DNA from: Balanoglossus misakiensis
Lineage: Eukaryota; Animalia; Hemichordata
NCBI GenBank assembly: GCA_040954595.2
Contig: CM082596.2
Coordinates: 5,592,791 to 5,656,790 of the forward strand
Reading direction: 5' to 3'
DNA length: 64,000 bases
Position 1 is the stretch's first letter. Every line of letters starts with the position of its first letter. A program made the position numbers and the translations under genes. Below, piece after piece: positions 1-52,900 of this stretch. Below the pieces are notes generated by a model that did not search any database, was not told the DNA's origin, and saw only the letters and a program-made list of their open reading frames with translations.

Positions 1-1899
1 ACAACTTGCCACATTTGACCATCTCCTCCCCGTCATTTGCCACCTCCTTGATGTGCACCAGTATTGTGAAGACAGCGTGCGATCGACTGTGAAAGGAAAG
101 AGAACGTTGTTTTTACGCTGGTTTGCGACATAACTGATACATGACGTGCATGAGGGTACAAGACTGGTTAATGCCATAGACAGTGACTGCCTCTGGATGC
201 AAATGAATGCCACAGACAGATTTCCTACCTGGAATGATCATTCATCTTGGTGGCAGCTGTCTGCCGTTTCTTCCAACCTGTTTCCAAGATATGGAACACT
301 TCATTCTTGTCATGCACTGGCCTTTCCTCCAATCCAGATATCACAACAGAGCCCTGGAAACCGAAAAAATAACACCGATTTCAGTAAAACAACTTCCATG
401 GCAAGTTATTTACAAAATATTGTTAGCACATGTTATATCTCAAAAATGAATCATGGCAAGGCGAGAAAGTTTTCACTTTGTCCGCTGGATAAAGAGAGAT
501 AAAATATTTACCTTTTTAATAGTGTCTTCATACATACGCAGTTTACCGTCACCGTCACCCAGCAGATCAAACAGTTCCTCTTGGTAGATTTCAAGGAATG
601 ACACGCGCACTGAAAACTCTACATTCATCACTTGCAGGGTTTCAAAGAGTTGATGCATGGACCTGGGAATTATACCAGCCAGTGGGTCCTGTGTGGGGGT
701 TGGATCAGAGAAATTAGTGGTAGTGAAAACGACTTAGCTGTATGTCACAGATCACATATAGACCCTCCCCACTCTCTTACATGCCGGATTATTTTGTTTG
801 ACTCACCTCATCCCATGAGATACTAGTATCCGGACTTCTCTCTCCTTCCATGGTGAAAGTTTTCCCGGTTCCGGTCTGTCCATAGCTGTTTTGCGATGGA
901 ACACATAAACAATGGTTTAACCGAGATGAAAGTTGTGTGTGGTCGAACTTTGATCCACTCGTAGAATGACATAAACGGTGTCTTGTATCAAACAAAATGA
1001 AAAAAGAGCAGCGAGAGAGCGAGACTTTGTCCCTTTAAAGCCCTGGACAAAGTCTCTCTCTCGCTGCCTTTGTTGGCCAAACATTTGGTGCAGTCACGCA
1101 CTTAGAACGATTACAGAAAACTTACGCAAATATTGTACAGTTGTAACCCTGCAGTACTTCATCAACGATGGGTATGACCACAGACTTGTAGACATCAATT
1201 TGCTTGGCATGTGGCCCAAATACCTGCAAATATTGTTGTTATGAAAATTAGCCAAAAAGCGGTATTATATTCTGCAAATACTGAGGGAAGAACACTATGG
1301 CATACTGTGCTGTTTCAACCTGCTTTGACAGTTAAGTCTACAAAAAAAAATCTTACTTTGTCAAAACTAAAGGTTTTCTTGAAGGATTTTCCTGGTATAT
1401 CACATCCAACGCTGACTTGATTTTTCTTCTCATGAACAGATATTACAGACTGCTGTGACTTTTCTATGTCATTCAGTGGTCTGCAAAGGTAAATCAAATG
1501 TATTAGTTACATTTTCGCCACTTATAATATACTAGCCAGCAGTGTTTCATCCAGACAGGGCCCAGGCATTCACACCCTGTTGACAGTACCCCCTAGAAAT
1601 TTGTCAAAGGGGGACCCGAGTACCACTTGTGCTGTGGGACCCCCGTCCGTGTACTCAAGACGCGGTTGACCGTGTAAGCGTTTGTTTCTGATGAAATGAT
1701 CAATGAAGTGGACTTTACGAGAACATACTGAACCATAAAAACTAAATAACAAGTGACTTTTTGTTCGTGTTTATAATAATATGCCATCCCATCTCCCATT
1801 CCCAGATTTAAATACTTACCGACAACGAACGGCTACTTGAACGTTGGTTTCACGGGGTTTCTCCTTCGAGTTCTTCCCCGACCTATGAATAGACGTCAT
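1..1899 (-). CDS. KIF11: Kinesin-5 (Eg5/KIF11-like) motor, 5' exons; gene continues beyond the left edge
   Basis: Spliced exons ~1820-1899 ([27 protein letters not shown]), 1357-1480 (..KKTFSFDK), 1126-1223 ([33 protein letters not shown]), 807-885 (P-loop [19 protein letters not shown]), 512-688 ([26 protein letters not shown]), ~229-353 (..[13 protein letters not shown]) and 1-86 ([24 protein letters not shown]). All are GT-AG. The [12 protein letters not shown] loop-5 signature is typical of kinesin-5. Confidence 0.9.
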
Positions 1900-2029
1900 G
1901 TCTGCTTCTTTGCAAAGTCTTAAAGATATTCTCTGTAGATTTTGCTCAATACAGGAGGCGAAAACCTGAGAAATCTCACGGTCAAATCGCTCTGCTCAAA
2001 GCTAGCTCTGCAGTAAACGTTGTATGTCA

Positions 2030-2150
2030 AGAACAACTTTGAAAATGGCGTCAATGACTGTGTCGACCAATCAGAGAGAAGAGTGCAACTGTGCTCGGGC
2101 AACATATAGCGGGCGCTATTTCGTATGGAACTTTTTACAGCGCATGCGCA
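2030..2150 (-). promoter_or_regulatory. Putative KIF11 promoter with G2/M-type motifs
   Basis: CHR-like TTTGAA at 2038-2043, CCAAT at 2067-2071 and NRF1-like GCGCATGCGC at 2140-2149, all within 250 bp upstream of the ATG at 1899. Motif match only. Confidence 0.5.
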
Positions 2151-3220
2151 ATGTTGCTCTTTTTTATTTCTATTTGAGACTTTTTCCATTCGTTTTTTAG
2201 TAAAATAGTCTGTATGATACCATAAAAAGACCAAGAATCTTTTTCTATTCAATCTTGGGATACAAACAACACATTCATAAATCATTAAGGGTAAAACATA
2301 AGTTTTTATTACAATAATAATCTCAGCAAAACATATACATTACAGATATAATACCATTCTTCTGAGTTCATCCCCTTTTCAAGTTTATTGCCTTCCAATT
2401 TTTTTCCCTTCGGTCACACTATCCTAGCCCTCTTTAGCTGTCTTCAAAGCATCCCTGTATAACTCCAATATACATCGAAACACAGTGCACAGTGAAAGAC
2501 ATCCAAGGGAAAGGCTCAGGTCCATGTCAGTAGTAAAAACTATGGGAATTATGTGCAAAAATTTGACAAAATTTACAAATATACAAAAGATCCTGTCAAC
2601 CAGTGGACACTATTCACTCCTACATATGCAATCAGTGTTTATATCTTCTGTTACCATTTCTACCAGGAATCCTGTGATGTATCAACAAATGTACAGTACT
2701 TGCTACACACATTTTTTTTTTCTACAGGTAAATACTTGTTACAATACACAAGTCTCTAACATTTCAGCATGTCTCTAAGTACGAATGGAATGACTTGGAT
2801 AATAAAATCTGGATGAAAATCATTTTTTTTTTGTCAATAAAGATACATTTATACACACTGTGAGGGGGAACCACAGCAAATCTCATTAAAAAACCTTTGG
2901 ATGGATCGAACATTCGAACATGTCACAGAGCAAGACTTGTGTAATCGGACGGAACAGAAATCATTGTCTCTCGAAAACCCGGACTCACACTACATAATAT
3001 AAATACACTTTCATTAGAAACAAAATGAAAAGTAATAAAAAATCACACAGAATATCATACAGAGAGGAAACAAAAGTCAGATGCTTCAGTTTTATTACTA
3101 TTGTCACTGCAAAATTTCCAGGCCGGTTCTTCGTTTCAAATTTGATAAATATCGCCCCAAAAGGGGTCAGGTAAATGGCTGGTTGTTAGGACTGGTGCGT
3201 GTATGTCTTTTTTTTCAGTT

Positions 3221-43619
<40,399 letters not shown>

Positions 43620-43823
43620 AACGCGGCTTCCAGGACTTAAAATCAAATTAACACATCTACAAAAGTACTAAAACAGAACTTAGGTATATACAAGTAACGT
43701 AAATCCTCAAATGGTAAACATAAACTTTACAGAAAATCAACCCAAAACGGGTAATTTGGGTAAAGTTGGGGGTTGTTTTGGTCGACACGACTCCGTCCAA
43801 GATGTCGGCTCCCTCTCGTTCAC

Positions 43824-43836
43824 GTTGCTAAGTTAC
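43824..43836. promoter_or_regulatory. RFX X-box upstream of DNAH7
   Basis: GTTGCTAAGTTAC (reverse complement GTAACT-T-AGCAAC) fits GTNRCY-N-RGYAAC and lies ~200 bp upstream of the DNAH7 ATG. Forkhead-type GTAAACA occurs at 43714-43720 and 43256-43262. This is consistent with RFX/FOXJ1 control of motile-cilia genes. Confidence 0.7.
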
Positions 43837-44281
43837 ATTACCACAGAAACAGCCTCGATCAACCAACACCGTTTTGAAATACAAAATTGTTCTTTTTAAG
43901 AGTTAAATTCAATACTTGTCCCAAATTTTCCACAATAATTTACATTTCAGTCGAAATAAGTTCTATTTTAATCAAATTTTCACAGAATTGGTGGATAATT
44001 CAACAGAGTTTGTACGAGGCTCATTACTGGAGAAAACAAATAACAGCAGTTGGCGAGTTTCCCGTGGGTCAAAGGTTATAAAGTTAACACATGTTAGAAA
44101 ACACAGTCGTCGGATGTTTTCTCGTTGCCGTTGAATCATTTCATGGAGGTACATGAGTAGCCTGTTAGTCTTTATGTGTGACCAGAAAGTTTGATTTGTT
44201 ATGGTAGCTTTTACAGCCTGAAATATCAAAAGGTGTCCATTTCTTGCTGATCAGTATCGAACTCCGCTCATCAATAACATC

Positions 44282-44432
44282 ATGGTACGGCTATCGACAT
44301 TGAAGAGTATTGCAATCTATGGTGGGGTGTTATCCTTGGGTGGTGCTGGTATTTGTTATTGCAAAATACAAGGTTAGTACTTTCAGTTGGCCAGCCAAGC
44401 TTTGTACATATACATGATGATGATGATGATGC

Positions 44433-44521
<89 letters not shown>

Positions 44522-44570
44522 TTGATGATGATGATGATGATGATGATGCTGATGGTGGTGGTGGTGGTGG

Positions 44571-44649
<79 letters not shown>

Positions 44650-45550
44650 ATTTGAACTGATTATATTTCTGAAATAAAGGCATATATTTTGTCTCCTAGA
44701 TAACTTGGTATCCGGGTCATATTACAGCAAATCAATGCAGTTACTGGGTGAAAATAAAGAAGCCATGGCAATCCTTGGCCAGCCTGTTAAAAGCAAATAC
44801 CTAGACCTTTCTGACAAATTCAACAAGGTGGATGGTTTAAATTGTTCAGTAAGTTCTGATTTCTCCTATTTTGTTGCATATTACGATCCTGTGCCACTGC
44901 ACAATGAAGTTGTAATTCAAATGTAGTGTTAATACTGTTAACAGTCTAGATATAGTGGTTGAGAAAGTCTTCATTAGGGAGACTGATCAAATGTGTGCCA
45001 GGTAGGGCACCAGGCTCAGAATATGCTCATAGATTTGATATATGGAGTCATCATAGCAGTGACAGTTGTTTCATTTTTGGCCCTGCCGTGATCAACTTAC
45101 CTCTGAATGTTCATTATAATGCTTGATTTTGTTTCTCTTCCAGTTGAAAATTGGTGTCAGAGGCAGTAAGACTAAAGGAACACTTTACACATGGGCAGAA
45201 AGGACACAGCCAGGAGCTGAGTAAGTGCAGGGCGTGAATGTAGTTGTTTTCAATCAGGATGCACCAGTACTTGCCGACATCAGGTCACCATAGTATTCAA
45301 TGAAATCCTCATTTCACTTATGCCTAAGTATGACATGCATATGTTTGATGTAGGCTTGCTTTAAATTGAAAACATTTATTTCCCCAAGACCAAATCAGAA
45401 TCCCTCAAAATTTGATGGTTTCATGGCGCACTTATGTTTTTTTTCAGCTGGGAAATCAAGAAGCTTCTCCTTCAGCTGAAGAATTCACAAAATTTTCTGA
45501 ACCTGTATGAGGCATCGACTACGGAGGAACAGGGAAGTTCTGACTCGTAA
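44282..45550 (+). CDS. COA1: Cytochrome c oxidase assembly factor 1 homologue, 139 aa, 4 coding exons
   Basis: Exons 44282-44372, 44700-44848, 45144-45220 and 45448-45550 (GT-AG, phases consistent). Translation: MVRLSTLKSIAIYGGVLSLGGAGICYCKIQDNLVSGSYYSKSMQLLGENKEAMAILGQP..LKIGVRGSKTKGTLYTWAER..WEIKKLLLQLK. This matches recalled COA1 motifs (N-terminal TM, YY, EA..LG.P, LKIPVSGSK..G.LY, W). Confidence 0.85.
44414..44648. repeat. (GAT)n trinucleotide microsatellite, ~78 units, in the first coding intron of COA1
   Basis: Long GAT run with GCT, GTT and (GGT)6 interruptions. Confidence 0.97.
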
Positions 45551-46970
45551 CATCAGGACACCTTTAGAATTGCGTTGTTTTGGAATCTTGGGTAAACCAC
45601 ATGGCACAGGACGTGAACAAGTGCAAACCAAATGGATTCTGGGATGAAGGCCCTTGGGTACCAAAAACTTACTCCAACCCTAACCCTGATGGATTGGAAA
45701 TGTCCACCTGATAAAATACCCGAGTAACTGTCTCAATATAGCCACCAGTGTTGGTCTGAAAGCAAAATGTATTTTGGTATTAAAGACGAGAAAAATTCTA
45801 TCATCTCCAAAGATCTTTGTTGCTTCTTAACCATGGTAACTGTACAAGAATTTTAAAGCTGCATTTTCTATTTTGGTCTGTTGAGTTTCCTACATTTGAG
45901 TTTCAGGTAGTAGGCACTTATAGTCAGTCATATTCAGGTTTTGCTTTTAATTACCTGGAGAAATTCAGTCAGTCGCAGTGAATGGGGTTAGACCAATCCT
46001 TTTTCATTTTTTAACTGCCGTGTGTATTGTCAAGCTTACAGGAAATTATACAGCACAAAAAAATGTGTATGAAAAATGTTTTAATGTCCTTGACGTTGAC
46101 TACAGGGATTTTTAGTTTCTTTGAAATAAAGTGATTAATCGCTCTCTTGGTTTAGAATAAGACCAGATGGGATTCGTACTGTCATAGAAGATTGGCAAAA
46201 CTTTCATAAGGTGCATCAGTGAAATGCATTCAAATTCATTGCTGGTCTATCAAGCAAACACTAATGTATACATCCAGATAGTGAGAGCAAATAAAATGAA
46301 TTATATATTCTTAAGTCTATTCCGATGTTTGTAGTGGTCATTTTTGTGGGCAGTGCCAGTGGTCATACATCACATTATAATACATGTATTAAGATAGTCC
46401 ATTCTGTTACTGTGACTACTGCAGTATGTGTTGTCAGAGCCAATATGTTTTTGGTGGGTTAACCGTAACCATGTCCAGAAGTCACACAAGAGTTCGCTGA
46501 ACCAAAGTTTGCCTTGAAATTTCTCCAAGCACAAGAACTGCATACACCAAAAATAAGTTAAATTGTAATAACTCAATGTACATTTTATTGAATTGTGTTA
46601 CACAATTTTCAGATATGCATATCTTTCTGCACACATTTAAAAAAAAAGAAATTAAGCTGCTGTCATGTTGGTTTTTTGAACAAGAGCAATGTTGCAAGTG
46701 ACACCACTATAATTATTTGATCCATTCATGGAATAGAGCGAACAAAAATGTACAATCTTGCAATGCTTAAACGTGCATCACTATCTTGATCTTCAATGCA
46801 GTAAAGAAAAAAAAATTGGCTGTTTTCTTTGGAGTGTCCAGGACACTAACAATTCAAAAGAATTTCAGAATACAGTAAAAAAATCCTAAGAAATGTGAAA
46901 ATAAATCATTTCTGATAGTAGAACACAGAAATCACTTGAGTTCTAGGTATTTCAGTGGATCACTAGAGTT

Positions 46971-49900
46971 CTACCTGCGGTTGTAATAGTCCCTTCTCCT
47001 GCGATCATCTGAGTAGCCATCACGACCATCATCTCTACGGTCGCGGTACCTCGAATCATAACTATCATATCTGTCCCGCCTATAGTCTCTTTCTCTATCA
47101 TCATATCTATCACGACCTCTGCTGCTGTAGTCACTTCTTCGGTATTCCCTTTCAACATCATTTTCTCTGGCCGTGTCCCTTGTTTTGTCGCGCCTGCCTC
47201 TCTCCCACGGGTCGACTATGTACTCCCTCTCGTCTCTGTATAACGTTCTCCTGTCCAAGTGGCTCCTTTCGTTTCGGTACTCAGGCTCGGAATCACTTGA
47301 ACCAGCTGCTTTGTTGCCCGTCTTTTGAGCCTTGCCCCGAGATCGCCGTTCATCTTCTGAATCACTCGACGCGTCACGTCTCGTCTTTTCTTTTCTGGCA
47401 TTGGCGTTTTCGTATTTTTCATCCTGCGAGTCAGCGGACTCGCTGCTGCTCGCGCGAGCTCGTCGAGATCCATCGTTTGTCACAGTCTTTCCTTTCACAT
47501 CTTTTTTGCTGGCATTTTTGGGTTGTTCATCGTCTCCGTCACTTGACGAATCACTGGAAGAGTCGTCGGAATCGTCACTCGAGTCTGCGCTGGAATCTTC
47601 ACTTGAACTGTCGCTGCTATCCCCACTGGATGAGGACGACGAGGATGATGATGGCGATGCTTCTCTAGTCTTTGCGTTGCTGGGTCTCGCACTTTCCGCA
47701 GCCGGTTTCCTAGCGCCGTCTCTCCTCTCATCATTTCTGGCATCCTCCTCATCCTCATCACTTGAGCTTTCACTACTGCTGTCCGTTGAACTCTCCTGGC
47801 TCTGTCTGGTGGTTTTGTGATTGTGATCGACAGTCTGTGAGTTCCTCTCTTCCCGCTCTCGTCTCGCCTCTCTGCTATCGCCTTCACTCCTTCTGGCAGT
47901 GGGTTCTTCATTTCTGTGGCCTCGCACATCCCTTTCTTTTTGTTCTCTACTGGAGTGCCTACTCTCTCTGTTACTTTCTCCAACACCTCTGCTTGACCCG
48001 TGGTAATTATTCCTGTCTGCATGGTCTCGTTCTCTCCTCTCCTCCTGTTCCCGTTTCCTGTCTCTCTCGCTTGCTCCTTCATCACGACCCCGATCACCTC
48101 GCCTACTTTCTCGTTCATCCTTGGTACGACCACCATCTCTACGCCGTGCATCACTGTCCTCATCTCTTCTCAACCTGTCTTCCCTTCTGCTGTCATCTCT
48201 TCTATCATCCCTCCCACTTCTTGCATCATCCCTTCCACTTCTTGATCTGTCCTCCCGGTCCACTTTCCTGTCATTTTCCCTGTTTTCTCTGCCATCACTT
48301 CTTCTGTCCCTTTCGCCCACTCTGGCCGAACTCTCCCCTCTGTCTCGCTCGCTTTCTCTTGGCCTCCTTTCACTTCTCCCCGTCTCGCGTCTTCTGTCAT
48401 CCGCATCACCCTCTTTTCTGAGCGCTCTTTCATTCTCACGTCTATCATTTCTGCTGCTACGTTCCCTCAGGTCTTCTCTGCTAGCCCTTCGTCTGCCTGC
48501 TTCCTCCTCTTCACTTGAAGAATATTTACGTCTCCTCGCGTCTTCTCTGGGCACTCTATCCTCCTGTCTTGACCTGTCCTCATCGCGAGAATACTTCTTG
48601 GCATCCTTCTGCGTTCCCTCCTCTTCTTCGGAGTCTTCTTCACTGCTCGAGGATGAACTGCTGTCATCATCTGAAGAGCTGCTGCTTTCCTCTTCAGATT
48701 GGGCGCTCTTGCTTTCTCTCCTTTGCGGCTGGCGGCTGGGTCTATCTGTCTGTTCCTCCTCACTGTCTGAAGAATCACGCCTTCCACGCCCACTTCTCTC
48801 CACCCTGTCTCTCCTCTCGTCAGATTTCTGCGGACGCTTCGCATCGCCGTCAGATTCGTCACGCCTTTCAGGATACCTGCTTCTCTGGTTTCTTTCCTTG
48901 ACTTGTCTATCGCTCCTCCTTGTTTCTTTTTCTCCCCTTTCCTCTTCACCGTCAGGATTCCTCCTGCTTTGCCTTTCCTCCTGTCTTCCTCTCGCGCTTC
49001 TTACTTCCACAACCCTCTCCTTCTTTTCAACCCTGGTATTCCTGGTCCTGTCCTCTTCACTCTCAGATTCACTGCTACTGTCGCTTTCCTGATGGTGTCC
49101 CTTCTTCTGTCTGTCTTGTCTTGGACTTTCATGCCGTCCTGGTCGACCTCTCTGTTCCACTCTTTCATCCTCGCTATCAGATTCTCTCCTCCTATGTCGC
49201 TCTTGATCTTTTCCTCTCTGCTGGTAGACTTCAACGCGCCTGTAATCACGATCTGATCTCTTATCCTGTCCCCTTCGTTCCTGCTCCTTGCTCTCAGAGT
49301 CCCTCCTGCTCTGTCTCCCCTGGTCTTTCTTCTCCCTCGCCTCTGTTTGCCGGTCGTCCCTTCTGCCCCTCGTGTCGCGCTTCACTCTTTCTTCTTCACT
49401 CCCCGACTGGTCGTGGTGTCTGCCAGTATCGCGGTGTCTTGTATCCCTCTCTTTCTGCGTCTTCTGTGGACTCTCTCCCTCGCTTTCGCTCTCACTCTCG
49501 CTGTCACTTTCTGACTCGCTACTACTACTCTGCCTTTGCTGGCGTCTGTCATCTTTTCTTTCTCTCTGTCTTCTCACTTCAGCTCTCTCACTCTCTCGTG
49601 CCCTGGTGTCCCGCTTTATTCTCTCGTCTTCACTTTCTGACTCGCCTCGTCTGGACGGTCTGCCTCTATCCTCTCTACTCCTGACCTCACTCCTACTCTT
49701 GCGCTCATCGGGAGAATCTCTTTTTGCCTCTCTTTCTCTGTCACCACGCTGCTTGGTTGAACTCTGCCTGCTGTGGTCATCTCTTTTGTGCTCCTCATCA
49801 GAAGAATCTTTTCTTGTTTCTCTGTTCCCACGCTGCTTCGTTGACCTCTGCCTGCTATGGTCTTCTCTTGTGTACTCATCAGAAGAATCTTTTCTTGTTT

Positions 49901-52900
49901 CTCTTTCTCTGTCCCTACGCTGCTTGGCTGAACTCGGCCTGCTATGATCATCCCTATCGGCACGTCTCTGTGAGTCTCTGGTCCTCCGTTCTCCCTTATC
50001 GACATCTCTGCTGCCTCCTTTTCTGTCTTGCTCTGGTTCTGAATCACTTGATGATTCTTCTACCCTGGAGGCCTTTCTTTGCACGTCTTTATCCCTTCTG
50101 TCTACTCTATCAGTTTGGTCACTTCCATCACGTTTTCCAGCATCGTCTTGTCTGTCGGTTCGCCCTGTTGCAGATCTCCGATCAGCCCTACCTCTCCTGT
50201 TACTCTCACTGTATCCATCAACTTCTCTTGACCCCTGCTTTCTTGACCTTCTGTCCTCACCTCTCGAGTCATGAACTCTTGATTTCAACTGTCGTTGAGC
50301 AACTTCTTCATCACTCTCATCACTAGATTCAGATCTCTGCCTCTGTGGTCTTTCGTCTCGACGTAAATCACCTCTCCTCCTACTGGACACTTGTTCACCA
50401 TCTTTTCTGTGTTCCCCCTCGTCATCGCTGGAGTCATGGCGATCTCTCGTTCTTCTTTCATCTCTCCTGTCCCTTCTGACATCCTCCTCCCGTCTGCTCC
50501 CTCCATGGCTATTTTCCTCATTCCTGTCCCTCCGTCCTCTACCAACGTCCTCATCACGTCGCCCTCTCTGGTTACTTTCCTCATTCTTTTTATCATTTCT
50601 CCGTCTTGACGCGTCTTTGCTAGATTCGTATTGTCTTGCTTCATCTCTGTCTTCTCGTCGCCTATCTCTCTGTCTCTCACCCTTTTCACTTTCTTTGCGA
50701 CCACCTGTACTTTCAGTCCCTGTATCTCTGGCAGACTTGCTTCCTTTGTCATTCTCTCTTCTGTTTTGCCGGTCCTTTTTGTCATCACCTTTTCCTTCTC
50801 TGGTGTCTCTGTCACTCTTATGTTTTTCACGAGTCCTGTCTCTCTCTGAATATTTGTCTTTTTCAACTTTGTCTCTTTTATCATTGAGTTTCACATTTTC
50901 GTCTTTATTTTTCCTGTCTCTTCTCGATTCTTTGGCTTTGGCAGATCCCTTGTCTTTACTCTTCCTGCCCTCCCTGGTCTTGTCATGCCTGTCTTTGCTC
51001 TTTTCTGCCGACTTATCTGAACGCCTCTTCTTTTTCCTTCTCTCATCTTCCGACTCTGATGAGCTTGCTGAAAATTAAGAACAATAAAAGTTACAGACAA
51101 GTCATTCCACAAAACATTTAATTCTACAAAACAATATATTGTCTTCTTTTTTTCTTTCTGTATGAGCATCAGTGAAAAAGAAAAATCAACTAATTTTGTG
51201 ACACAAGCAATTCTGTATTTCCAGCTGTACATGAATGTTGATTTTGCATTTTTACTTTCCTCACTAACCAACCATTTGCCTGTTAAGTACACACAGACAA
51301 ATCATTCATTCATCCTCCCTTTCGAATTCCGATGTAACAAAACACAGGGTGACTTACCAGAAGAATCCGTGTTTTCAGAACTGGAGGAGTCCTCCTCTGA
51401 GCTCGATGAATCACTGTCGGAGTCATTGCTATCTGAGTCGGAGGTTTCCACTTGTTGCTTCTGGGCCATGATCAACTTCGGCAAATTCTTCAAATGCTCT
51501 CTCAGCTCATCTCTGTGATATGCAAGAAAAGAAACCAGGTACTGTAAAATTCTTGTTGGTTTTCTGAAGTACCTTTATAACGGGCGCAAGAAAACATTCA
51601 TTATTTGTGAATTTTAGTCTGCAAATTAAATTGGACTTGCATGTGGTACAGTGTCTCCAAATTAATTCACAGCATTTGTTTGGGTGTGGCCTCAATAAGA
51701 CGGTCTAAACATTTAACCACAACACCGCCAAACTGTGAAGTGTAACTTGCAACTAATGCAGCAAACAGAGAACGCAAAAATATCTGGACTTACGTGAGGC
51801 CGCCAAGACCAATAGTAGTAAAAAAGTTGATTGCAAAGCGTGTGTTGGCAGGATTATCTCTTGGAAACAAGCCTTCAAAGAATGGCTGCAGGAACCTAGA
51901 AACAGTATCAGAGAAAAATGTTAGAAAAAATTGGGCCTTTCACATGTCTTACTGTCTAATCAAATACAGAAGGTATTGAAAACTACTGCAGTAATGTTAT
52001 GCAGTAAGATAATAAATACTCACGGGTCCTTAAGTCTTTCGTTGAGTTTTTGCAGACCCATGTACTCAGACAGTTCTTGAAACAGTATCTTTATAAATAT
52101 CCTACTGGATGAAGTGGTGTCCTCTTCATTGACAGATATACATGACAGTGCCTACAATTCAAAAGATAAGACAAAGGGTTGTTGTTTTTAAAATATATGG
52201 CCACATGTAGATTAGAGATACCTACATTCCTTTACCCCCCTTTCATATACATTCATACAAGCATGAGTGACTTTAGCATGGATTTGATCTCTGAAGTTTT
52301 GACGATCAACTTCACACTCTACTTACTGTCCATGCCATAGCATCGGTGAACAGCAGATGGGCAAATATCTTGGCTACATTCCGAAGTTTGTTGGTCTCCA
52401 ATCTGTGACAGGTCTCGTACTGCTCTTTGAAGATCATATCGAAGCATTCGCTATATTCCTTCTTCAGCTGGCAAAATCTCTGAAATAAACATGATCATAT
52501 AAGGTAAGAAGGTGAGAAAGGCTTTTCAGATCAGCTAGGTTGAGAAACCACAAAATAAAGAAACTCAGAAAAGAGACATGTAAAAATACACAACTTCCTT
52601 ACCTGTGCCAAAAGCCCGAAGAATTTTTCATAGGATCTTTGCTGTGAACAGCAATCTAGGATCATGTTGCAAAGTTCGATCTGTGAAAGCAAGGATTTAG
52701 AAGCATGATGAAATTCACTGGATAATATACATAACGTTGTAGACATCAGGATATATCTTGCAAGCTGCAATGAGTGTGTTATTTCTCGAAAATACCAGTA
52801 CTGATAACGTCATGTGATACGCAGCACAAACAGATACAGTATAGAGCATGCAGTTAGGAATATGCACACAACAAACATCTTGACAACATTTATTCTAGAA

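Noticed and set aside
44330-44683. Poly-His, poly-Asp and poly-Met ORFs
   Set aside because: These are reading frames of the intronic (GAT)n microsatellite in COA1.
47180-51078. Many long plus-strand Ser/Leu-rich ORFs
   Set aside because: They are antisense shadows of the low-complexity CWC22 last exon.
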